A DNA stretch of 64,000 nt, taken from contig CAVXPM010000001.1 in assembly GCA_963763695.1 (NCBI GenBank), positions 116,963-180,962 on the forward strand. Reading direction: 5' to 3'. Shown piece after piece: positions 55,283 to 64,000 of the stretch (its first letter is position 1; each line of letters starts with the position of its first letter). Below the pieces are notes generated by a model. The model was not told the DNA's origin, did not search any database, and was given only the letters and a program-made list of their open reading frames with translations. Position numbers and translations under genes: made by a program. Origin of the DNA: an uncultured Solirubrobacteraceae bacterium. GTDB lineage: Bacteria > Actinomycetota > Thermoleophilia > Solirubrobacterales > Solirubrobacteraceae.

Positions 55283-56776
55283 TCAATCGCGCATCGCGGG
55301 GAACAGCACCACCTCGCGGATCGAGTCGGCCCCGGTCAGCAGCATCACGAGCCGATCGATCCCCAGCCCCACGCCGCCGGTCGGTGGCATCCCCTGCTCG
55401 AGCGCCTGCACGAACAGCTCGTCATAGGGCTGTGACTCCTGCTCGCCCTCGGCCGCGAGGCGCTGCTGAGCGGTGAACCGCTCGCGCTGGGCATCGGCGT
55501 CGATCAGCTCGCTGAAGGCGTTGGCGATCTCCATGCCCCCGGCGAACGCCTCCCAGCGCTCGACCAGGCCCGGCTCGGAGCGGTGCTCGCGCGCGAGCGG
55601 CGAGAGCTCGACCGGGTAGTCGAACACGAACGTGGGCTGGCGCAGCGTGGGCTCGACGTACTTGGAGAGCAGAGCGTCGGCCAGCTGGGGCCAGCTGAGA
55701 TCCGCGGTCTGCATCTCCAGCCCGCGCGCGGCGATCGCCGCGCGCAGCGCCTCGGCGTCGCGGTGGGCCATCACGTCGATCCCGGTGGCCTGCTCGATCG
55801 AGGCGACGAAGCCGATCCTGCGCCACGGCGGCGAGAAGTCAAGCTCGCCTTCGTAGTCGACCGCCCGCGCGGCCGCCGCCACAGCCTGCTCCAGGCGGCC
55901 AGCCTCGATCTCGTAGTCGGCGTAGGCCTCATACCACTCGACCATCGTGAACTCGGGGTTGTGCTTGTGCGAGACGCCCTCGTTGCGGAAGTCCTTGCCC
56001 AGCTCGTAGACGCGCTCGAGGCCGCCGACGATCAGGCGCTTGAGATACAGCTCGGTGGCGATGCGCAGGTAGAGGTCGCGATCCAGCGCGTTGTGGTGGG
56101 TCGTGAAGGGTCGCGCCAGGGCTCCGCCGTAGAGCGGCTGAAGGATCGGGGTCTCGACCTCGATGAACCCCTCGCCGTCGAGGTAGGCGCGCACGGCGGC
56201 GATGATCCGCGCACGCGCCAGGAACAGCTGTCGCGTCTGCTCGTTTGCGATCAGGTCCAGCTCACGCCTGCGATAGCGCGTCTCCACGTCGCTGAGACCG
56301 TGGTGCTTGTCGGGCGGGGGGCGCAGCGCCTTGGCGAGGATCTGAAAGCTCTCGATCCGCAGCGTCAACTCGCCGTGGCGGGAGCGCAGCACGGCCCCGT
56401 CGAGGCCGAGCAGGTCGCCGAGGTCGAGCGACAGCAGGCGCTCGAAGGCCTCCTTGCCGAGCACGTCCAGGCGCGCGTGCAGCTGGATCTTGCCGGTGCG
56501 GTCGACGAGGTCGAGGAACGCCGCCTTTCCGGCGCCGCGGCGCGCCGCGAGGCGCCCGGCGACGCGGTGGCGCTCCTCGGTCTCCTGCCCGTCCTCAAGG
56601 TGCGAGTAGGCCTTGAGGATCGCCGCGATCGGCTCGGCGTCCGCGAACACGTACGGGAACGCGTCGGGGTCGCCTTGGCGCAGGCGCTCGGCCTTGGCGC
56701 GCCGCTCGGCGATCAGCTCCGCCAGGCCGTGTCGCGCCGACTCCTGCGAGGCAGAGGGCTCCTCGGCTCCGCTCAT
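55283..56776 (-). CDS. lysS: Lysine-tRNA ligase (class II)
   Basis: YRRRELDL, LRIATELYLKRL, FRNEG...HNPEFT, GMPPTGGVGLGIDRL. Confidence 0.97.
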   Translation of the reverse strand: MSGAEEPSASQESARHGLAELIAERRAKAERLRQGDPDAFPYVFADAEPIAAILKAYSHLEDGQETEERHRVAGRLAARRGAGKAAFLDLVDRTGKIQLHARLDVLGKEAFERLLSLDLGDLLGLDGAVLRSRHGELTLRIESFQILAKALRPPPDKHHGLSDVETRYRRRELDLIANEQTRQLFLARARIIAAVRAYLDGEGFIEVETPILQPLYGGALARPFTTHHNALDRDLYLRIATELYLKRLIVGGLERVYELGKDFRNEGVSHKHNPEFTMVEWYEAYADYEIEAGRLEQAVAAAARAVDYEGELDFSPPWRRIGFVASIEQATGIDVMAHRDAEALRAAIAARGLEMQTADLSWPQLADALLSKYVEPTLRQPTFVFDYPVELSPLAREHRSEPGLVERWEAFAGGMEIANAFSELIDADAQRERFTAQQRLAAEGEQESQPYDELFVQALEQGMPPTGGVGLGIDRLVMLLTGADSIREVVLFPAMRD

Positions 56777-56786
56777 CGCGGCGAGC

Positions 56787-57272
56787 CTACTCGAGGCCGA
56801 CGTCGATCTTGGTGATCTTGAGCTTGCGAGCGGGGCCGCGCGGCACTTTCACGGCCACCGTGTCGTTGCGTTTGTGGCCGAGCAGGGCGCGTCCCACCGG
56901 CGACTCGTTGGAGAGCTTGTGTTCGTCCGGCTTGGCCTCGGCCGACCCGACGATCGTGTACTTGACCGACTTGCCCGTCTTTTCGTCCTTGACATGCACC
57001 ACCGAGCCGACCTGCACGACGTCGGTCGAGAGGTCCTTGGCCTCGATCACGGTCGCCATGCGCAGCTTCTCCTGCAGCTGGGCGATACGGCTCTCGACCA
57101 TCGCCTGCTCGTTCTTGGCGTCGTCGTACTCGGAGTTCTCGGAGATGTCTCCGAATTCCCTGGCCTCCTTGATGCGCTCGGCTATCTCTCGGCGCTTCTC
57201 GGTGGAGAGAACCTCGAGCTCGTCGTTGAGCTTCTTCAGACCTTCGGGAGTGAGGATGACGTCCTTCGGCAT
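56787..57272 (-). CDS. greA: Transcription elongation factor GreA
   Basis: LTPEG, GDISENSEYDDAK, SNESPVGRALLG. ATG at 57272. Confidence 0.97.
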   Translation of the reverse strand: MPKDVILTPEGLKKLNDELEVLSTEKRREIAERIKEAREFGDISENSEYDDAKNEQAMVESRIAQLQEKLRMATVIEAKDLSTDVVQVGSVVHVKDEKTGKSVKYTIVGSAEAKPDEHKLSNESPVGRALLGHKRNDTVAVKVPRGPARKLKITKIDVGLE

Positions 57273-57315
57273 GTGACCCTCGATTGGGGTTGGTGGTTCG
57301 GTCTCCAGGACACAC

Positions 57316-57336
57316 AAAACCCCGCTGTCAGCGGGG
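57316..57336 (-). terminator. Intrinsic terminator within the greA 5' region / after dusB
   Basis: Minus strand CCCCGCT-GAC-AGCGGGG followed by TTTTGTGTGT. Confidence 0.8.
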
Positions 57337-57369
57337 ACCTAGCGACCGAAGGGCTGCGGCGAGCGCAGC

Positions 57370-57375
57370 AGTATA
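57370..57375 (-). promoter_or_regulatory. -10 hexamer TATACT upstream of the greA leader terminator
   Basis: TATACT on the minus strand between the dusB stop (57403) and the terminator. Confidence 0.55.
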
Positions 57376-57402
57376 GCGGGGCTCCGGACGCCCGTGCAGG
57401 AT

Positions 57403-58458
57403 TCAGGCCGACCGCATCGCGAGCTCCCGCTCGAGGCCCAGCAGATCGCGTGCCTGGGTCAGGGTGGGGGCTCTCTGCAGGGACTCCTGCAGCGCCTTGG
57501 CGCAGCGCGGCTCGAGCGCCAGGCGCGCCACATACCACGGGTAGAACTTGCGCAGGTAGCGCCCCGCGCGCAGCTCGCCGAGGTGCTCGACGGCGCGCTC
57601 GATCGTCCAGTCGAGCTCGCCCAGGACCTCCGCTCGCGTCGGCTCTGCTTCGCGACCGTGCAGCAGCTGCGAGAACAGCCATGGGTTTCCGAGCGCCCCC
57701 CGCGCCAGCATCACCGCGGCGGCGCCGGTGCGCGCAAACGCCTCGCGCACCTGCTGGGCGTCGCTCAGGCCGCCGGTCAGGATCACCGGCGCGGGCAGCG
57801 TGGCGACGAGCCGGGCGGCCAGCTCGTAGTCGGGCGTACCCCTGTGCTGGACGGCCGCCGAGCGGGGGTGGAAGGCGATCGCCGCGACGCCCGCCTCGGC
57901 CACGAGACGATGAGCCAGCTCGAAGCCGCTGTGATCGCCGGCGCGCAGGCCCGAACGCAGCTTCACCGTCACCGGGATCGCTCGCCCCGGCGCGCCGGCG
58001 CGCGCTCCCCCGAGCGTGGCGCGAGCCACCGCGATCGCGCGCTCGGGGTCGGCGATCAGGGCTGCGCCCGCGCCGGTCTTGGCCACCTTGGGCACCGGGC
58101 AGCCCATGTTGATGTCGATCGCGTCCACGCCGAGAGCGGCCACGTGGGCGGCCGCCGAGCGCATCATCTGCGGGTCTTCGCCGAACAGCTGGATCGAGAC
58201 CGGGCCGCCCGTACCCGCTTCGCGCTCGCGCGGGTCGATCCTCAGCATCTCGGTGCAGGTCTTCTCGTTGCCGTAGTGGATCGCGTGTGAGGAGACCATC
58301 TCCGACACGGCCATGCCCGCGCCGAAGCGCTTGGCCTGCAGGCGCACGAACCAGTTGCCGATGCCGGCGAGCGGCGCGAGCAGCACGCGGTTGGGCACGC
58401 GCAGCGTGCCCAACGTCCAGGGGTCGGTCAGGGAGCGCGAGCTGCTCATCTGTCCCAT
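57403..58458 (-). CDS. dusB: tRNA-dihydrouridine synthase
   Basis: LAPLAG, SIQLFG, IDINMGCP, VTVKLR, AFHPR, VMLARGALGNPW. Confidence 0.92.
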   Translation of the reverse strand: MGQMSSSRSLTDPWTLGTLRVPNRVLLAPLAGIGNWFVRLQAKRFGAGMAVSEMVSSHAIHYGNEKTCTEMLRIDPREREAGTGGPVSIQLFGEDPQMMRSAAAHVAALGVDAIDINMGCPVPKVAKTGAGAALIADPERAIAVARATLGGARAGAPGRAIPVTVKLRSGLRAGDHSGFELAHRLVAEAGVAAIAFHPRSAAVQHRGTPDYELAARLVATLPAPVILTGGLSDAQQVREAFARTGAAAVMLARGALGNPWLFSQLLHGREAEPTRAEVLGELDWTIERAVEHLGELRAGRYLRKFYPWYVARLALEPRCAKALQESLQRAPTLTQARDLLGLERELAMRSA

Positions 58459-58469
58459 TGTTGCGAGCT

Positions 58470-59234
58470 TCAGGCGTTGCGCTCGTGCAGCAGGCGCAGG
58501 CCGGTGAGCGTGAGCAGGTCGTCGACCTCCTCGATCTCCTCGGTGTAGGGCACCACCAGCCGCGCCAGGCCGCCGGTGGCGATCACGTCGGTGCGCTCGC
58601 CCAGCTCTGCGTACAGGCGGCGCAGGATCGCGTCGATCGCGCCGGCGTAGCCATATACGACACCCGAGCGGATCGCGTCGATCGTGTTCTTGCCGATCAC
58701 GCTGCGAGGCGGCGCCAAATCGACCTTGGGCAGCCGTGCGCCGCGCTCGGAGAGCGCTTCGAGTGAGATCTCGATGCCGGTCATCAACGAGCCGCCGACG
58801 TACTCGCCCTCGCGCGAGACGACGTCGAACGTGGTGGCCGTACCGAAGTCCACACACACGGCCAGGCCGCCGAAGCGCTCGCGGATCGCCACCGCGTTGA
58901 CCAGCCTGTCGGCGCCGATCTCGCGCGGGTTGTCGTAGCGGATCGCCATCCCCGTCTTGGTCCCCGGTCCGACGGCCTGCATCTGGTGGCCGAGGTAGCG
59001 CTCGGCCATCGCCGTCCACTCGGGCTCCAGCTGCGGGACGGTCGAGGACACGATCGAGGCCGCGACGTCCTGGAAGCCGTAGCCGCGCAGCTCCAACAGG
59101 TTGTGCAGCGCGGCGCCCAGCTCATCTGCGGTGGACTGGCGCACCGTGGCGAAGCGCCAGTGCTCGAGCAGCTCCTCTCCGCGGTAGGCCCCGAAGTGAG
59201 TCTGGGTATTTCCGACGTCGACAGCCAGCAGCAT
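58470..59234 (-). CDS. coaX: Type III pantothenate kinase
   Basis: LLAVDVGNT, SSTVP, IGADRL, VDFGTATT, IATGG. Confidence 0.96.
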   Translation of the reverse strand: MLLAVDVGNTQTHFGAYRGEELLEHWRFATVRQSTADELGAALHNLLELRGYGFQDVAASIVSSTVPQLEPEWTAMAERYLGHQMQAVGPGTKTGMAIRYDNPREIGADRLVNAVAIRERFGGLAVCVDFGTATTFDVVSREGEYVGGSLMTGIEISLEALSERGARLPKVDLAPPRSVIGKNTIDAIRSGVVYGYAGAIDAILRRLYAELGERTDVIATGGLARLVVPYTEEIEEVDDLLTLTGLRLLHERNA

Positions 59235-59253
59235 CGGCGACCATTATGGTGGC

Positions 59254-60012
59254 GTGGCGATGGCTAGGAGCTCTCCCACCCTGTACGTGCTTCCGGGCTC
59301 GCATCCGTGCGCGGCCGTCGAAGCGGCGCTTGTGCTCAAGAAGATCGAGTTCAGACGGGTGGATCTGCTACCGATGACCCAGCTGCTCGCGGGCCCGTTG
59401 CGCTACGGCGCCACGACCGTGCCGGGGATACGCCTGGGTGGCGAGCGGCTGGCGGGCTCGCGCTCGATCATGCGCCGGCTCGACGCGCTCGTGCCCGATC
59501 CGCCGCTGCTGCCCGCACCCGGAGACCCCGCCTACGCGCGCGTCCTGGAGGCCGAGCGCTGGGGCGATGAGGTGCTGCAGAGCATGCCGCGCCGCGTGAT
59601 CGACGCGGCATTCGTGCGCTGCCCGAGCGCGATGGAGAGCTATGCGGGCGACTCCACGCTGCCGCTGCCGCGGGCGCTCCTGCGTCCGGCGATGCCGCTC
59701 ACGGCACGGGTGATGGCGCTCAAGAACAGGGCGCGCGACGAGAGTGCGCGGGCGGACCTGGCGGCGCTGGGGCGCCAGCTCGAGCGCATCGAGCAGTGGA
59801 TCGCGGAGGGTCTGCTCGGCGGCGTGCGGGCCAACGCCGCGGACCTGCAGATCGGTAGCTCGATCCGCCTGCTGATGAGCATCGGCGACGTGCGCCCGCT
59901 GATCGAGGGGCGCCCAGCGGCCACGCTGACGAGGTGGTTCCCCGCGATGGTCGGAGAGGTTCCGCCAGGCGTGCTGCCGGCCGAGTGGCTCGCGCACGCC
60001 GCGGCCGGCTAG
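59254..60012 (+). CDS. Glutathione S-transferase-like protein
   Basis: LYVLPGSHPC, TVPGI...GSRSIMRRLD (GST N-domain), NAADLQI (GST C-domain N-capping box). Confidence 0.75.
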   Translation: MAMARSSPTLYVLPGSHPCAAVEAALVLKKIEFRRVDLLPMTQLLAGPLRYGATTVPGIRLGGERLAGSRSIMRRLDALVPDPPLLPAPGDPAYARVLEAERWGDEVLQSMPRRVIDAAFVRCPSAMESYAGDSTLPLPRALLRPAMPLTARVMALKNRARDESARADLAALGRQLERIEQWIAEGLLGGVRANAADLQIGSSIRLLMSIGDVRPLIEGRPAATLTRWFPAMVGEVPPGVLPAEWLAHAAAG

Positions 60013-60542
60013 ATGTCCCGACGGGCGGGCAGCGCCAGCGGCGCAGCGGCCCAGCGCACGCCTTCCGCGAGCGAAAGCGCCGCGAGCGCGTCGGCCAGGC
60101 GCCGTCCGTCCGGGACGGTCAGCTCGAAGTCCAGCTCTAGCGCGGGGACCAGCACGAAGCGGCGGCTGAGCAGCTGCTCGTGGGGCAGGCTCATGCGCTC
60201 GTCGCGCAGCTGCTGGGAGCCGAGCAGCAGGATGTCGATGTCGATCGCCCGCGGTCCGTGGCGCACCGCATCCTGCTTGCGGCCGAGCTCGCGCTCCAGG
60301 CGCTTGGCCAGGTCGAGCAGCTCGAGCGGGGCCAGCTCGGTGACGATGCGCACGCACGCGTTCAGGAAGCTCGGCTGGTCGGGAACCTCGCCGACGGGGT
60401 CGGTGTCGTAGAGCGAGGAGCACGCGAGCAGCTCGATCCCGCTCGCGGCCAGCGCGTCGAGCGCCGCCTGCAGGTGCGCGCGCCGGTCGCCGACGTTGGA
60501 GCCCAGCCCGAGCAGTCCCAGCTCGCCGACAGATCCGCTCAT
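60009..60542 (-). CDS. folK: 2-amino-4-hydroxy-6-hydroxymethyldihydropteridine diphosphokinase
   Basis: LGLGSNVGD, FLNAC, GPRAIDIDIL, LPH...RRFVLVP. Confidence 0.96.
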   Translation of the reverse strand: MSGSVGELGLLGLGSNVGDRRAHLQAALDALAASGIELLACSSLYDTDPVGEVPDQPSFLNACVRIVTELAPLELLDLAKRLERELGRKQDAVRHGPRAIDIDILLLGSQQLRDERMSLPHEQLLSRRFVLVPALELDFELTVPDGRRLADALAALSLAEGVRWAAAPLALPARRDI

Positions 60543-60564
60543 CGTGCGTTCGTCACTCGGCGCG

Positions 60565-60960
60565 TCAGGAGCGCGTCGTCTGAACGCCGGCCGCGATGGC
60601 CTTCTCGCCCATCGCCTGCGCGAACGGGATCAGGCCGGAGAGCGGGCGCAGCATCACCGTGAAGTCGACGATCAGGCCCTGCTCGTCGAGGCGCAGCAGG
60701 TCGATCCCCTCGAGCTCCTTGCCGGCGACGCTCGCGCGGAAGATCAGCGCGTGGGCACCGTCGGCGTCGAGCTCGTCTGTGTAGCGGAAGTCCTCGAAGG
60801 TCTCGGCCACCAGGCCGAGCAAGCGCATGACCGTCTCGCGCCCGACGAACGGGTGGAAGGTGACCGGGCTGTGAAAGACGATCTCTGGCGCCAGCAGCGC
60901 GGGGATCGCATCGAGCTGGCCACGCTCGACCGCCGCCCTGAATGCGGCCGGCGCGCTCAC
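60565..60960 (-). CDS. SnoaL/NTF2-like protein
   Basis: LAPEIVFHSPV, LEGIDLL...GLI..FTVMLRP; GTGA overlap with folB. Confidence 0.8.
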   Translation of the reverse strand: MSAPAAFRAAVERGQLDAIPALLAPEIVFHSPVTFHPFVGRETVMRLLGLVAETFEDFRYTDELDADGAHALIFRASVAGKELEGIDLLRLDEQGLIVDFTVMLRPLSGLIPFAQAMGEKAIAAGVQTTRS

Positions 60961-61409
60961 TCCGCTTCCCGCCAGACCTCGACCGAGACCTCCTCCACGC
61001 TCAACGCGATCGGCGGCTCGGGCTTGGCCGCCTTGACCCACACGCCCTCCAGCTCGTAGTCGGCGAGCAGCCGGTCGGCGATCGTGCTGCACAGGCGCTC
61101 GAGCGTCTTGTGCGAGCGCTGCTGGGCGATCAGCGCCACCAGCTGGCAGACCTCGGCGTAGTCGACTGTGTCCTCGATCGAGTCGGTGACCGTCGCGTCG
61201 GTCTCGCCGATGTCCAGCCTCAGGTCCAGCACCAGCCGCTGGCCGACCTCGCGCTCGGCCTCGCTGACGCCGTGGTGGGTGTAGAGCGAGAGCCCGCTGA
61301 TCTCGACGGTCACCGACTCGGCCGCGCCCTCACGGTCGTCGTCGAGATCGCGCCCGTCATCGTCGTCGTCTAGCTCGTCTGCGTCGTCCCCGCGCTCCTC
61401 GCCGTCCAT
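60957..61409 (-). CDS. folB: Dihydroneopterin aldolase with acidic N-terminal extension
   Basis: HHGVSEAEREVGQ, DSIEDTVDY, LER, KPEPP. Confidence 0.93.
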   Translation of the reverse strand: MDGEERGDDADELDDDDDGRDLDDDREGAAESVTVEISGLSLYTHHGVSEAEREVGQRLVLDLRLDIGETDATVTDSIEDTVDYAEVCQLVALIAQQRSHKTLERLCSTIADRLLADYELEGVWVKAAKPEPPIALSVEEVSVEVWREAE

Positions 61410-62251
61410 CGCTCGCCCAAGGTAGCAGCCGCCACCGCCAGCGCCTCGCGAACGGGCGCCACCTCATGGACGCGAAAGACGCTCGCGCCGCGCTCCAGCG
61501 CGAGCACGTTGGTGGCAATCGTCCCGGGCAGGCGCCACCCGGCCTCCAGCGGCTCCTGCGCCCCCCGCTCGGCTGCGGCGATGCGTCCCAGGAAGCTCTT
61601 GCGCGAGGTGCCCACCAGCAGCGGGCGCCCGAGCGTGCACAGCTCGTGCAGGCGGCGCAGCAGCGTGAGGTTGTGGGCGCTCGTCTTGCCGAAGCCGATG
61701 CCCGGATCGAGGATCACGCGCTCCTCGCGCACGCCGGCGTTCACCGCGAACTCCAGGCGCTCCTCCAGGAACGCGCGAACCTCATCCACGACGTCCTCAT
61801 AGCGCGGTTCGCGCTGCATCGTGCGCGGCTCGCCGCGCATGTGCATCAGGCAGCATTCGACGCCGGTCTCGGCGAGCAGCTCGACCATCTCCGGATCGCC
61901 TCGCAGCGCGCTGACATCGTTGACGATCCCGGCCCCCGCCGCGATCGCCGCCTTCGCCACAACCGCCTTGGTGGTGTCGATCGAGACCTGCAGCGAAGCT
62001 CCAGCACCTGGCGCGTGCGCGAGCGCGGCGATGCCCTGCAGCACGGGCAGCACACGGCGCAGCTCCTCGCTCGCCGCCACCGGCTGCGCACCAGGACGCG
62101 TGGACTCGCCGCCGACGTCGAGGATGTCCGCACCCTCGGCGAGCAGCTCGCGCGCGTGGGCGACCGCGTCCGCCGGATCCATGAACGCACCCCCGTCGGA
62201 GAACGAGTCGGGCGTGACGTTGACGATCCCCATCAGGCGGTAGGGCTTCAT
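61370..62251 (-). CDS. folP: Dihydropteroate synthase
   Basis: MGIVNVTPDSFSDGG, GGESTRPG, LDPGIGFGK, GTSRKSF, FRVHEV. Confidence 0.97.
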   Translation of the reverse strand: MKPYRLMGIVNVTPDSFSDGGAFMDPADAVAHARELLAEGADILDVGGESTRPGAQPVAASEELRRVLPVLQGIAALAHAPGAGASLQVSIDTTKAVVAKAAIAAGAGIVNDVSALRGDPEMVELLAETGVECCLMHMRGEPRTMQREPRYEDVVDEVRAFLEERLEFAVNAGVREERVILDPGIGFGKTSAHNLTLLRRLHELCTLGRPLLVGTSRKSFLGRIAAAERGAQEPLEAGWRLPGTIATNVLALERGASVFRVHEVAPVREALAVAAATLGERWTARSAGTTQTS

Positions 62252-62302
62252 CGCCGGCGAGAAAGAGGTGGCGAGGGCGCAGCCAGGGACGCCGGAGTGC
62301 CC

Positions 62303-64000
<1,698 letters not shown>

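Overview
High-GC bacterial chromosome segment. Gene content and order point to Actinomycetota, most likely class Thermoleophilia/Solirubrobacterales (inference). It is mostly core genome: topB (partial), a yrbE/mlaE permease pair with a YtrA-type GntR, marP, a class B-like PBP, a Zn-ribbon/FHA gene next to an orphan ParA, lysA-hom-thrC-thrB, lgt, a convergent htpX-pspAB / pspAA-pspA stress module, a c-di-AMP riboswitch-controlled NlpC/P60 hydrolase, xseAB, beta-oxidation genes, an ECF sigma cluster, and the long ftsH-fol-coaX-dusB-greA-lysS-clpC-radA-disA-carD-ispD/F-cysS-rlmB-sigH block. The only clear accessory insert follows tRNA-Thr(TGT). It carries a single-polypeptide nuclease-methylase-TRD restriction-modification gene, closed by a decayed inverted copy of the tRNA 3' half. 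Notable non-coding signals: three abutting perfect 24-bp palindromes after a tandem repeat, a terminator inside the greA leader, a possible AUU start for carD, several operator-like palindromes, and widespread leaderless promoters. Two genes (FHA, xseA) carry +1 frameshifts that may be assembly errors. No CRISPR array, rRNA or integrase/transposase was seen. All protein calls are motif recognition by eye, with no database search.
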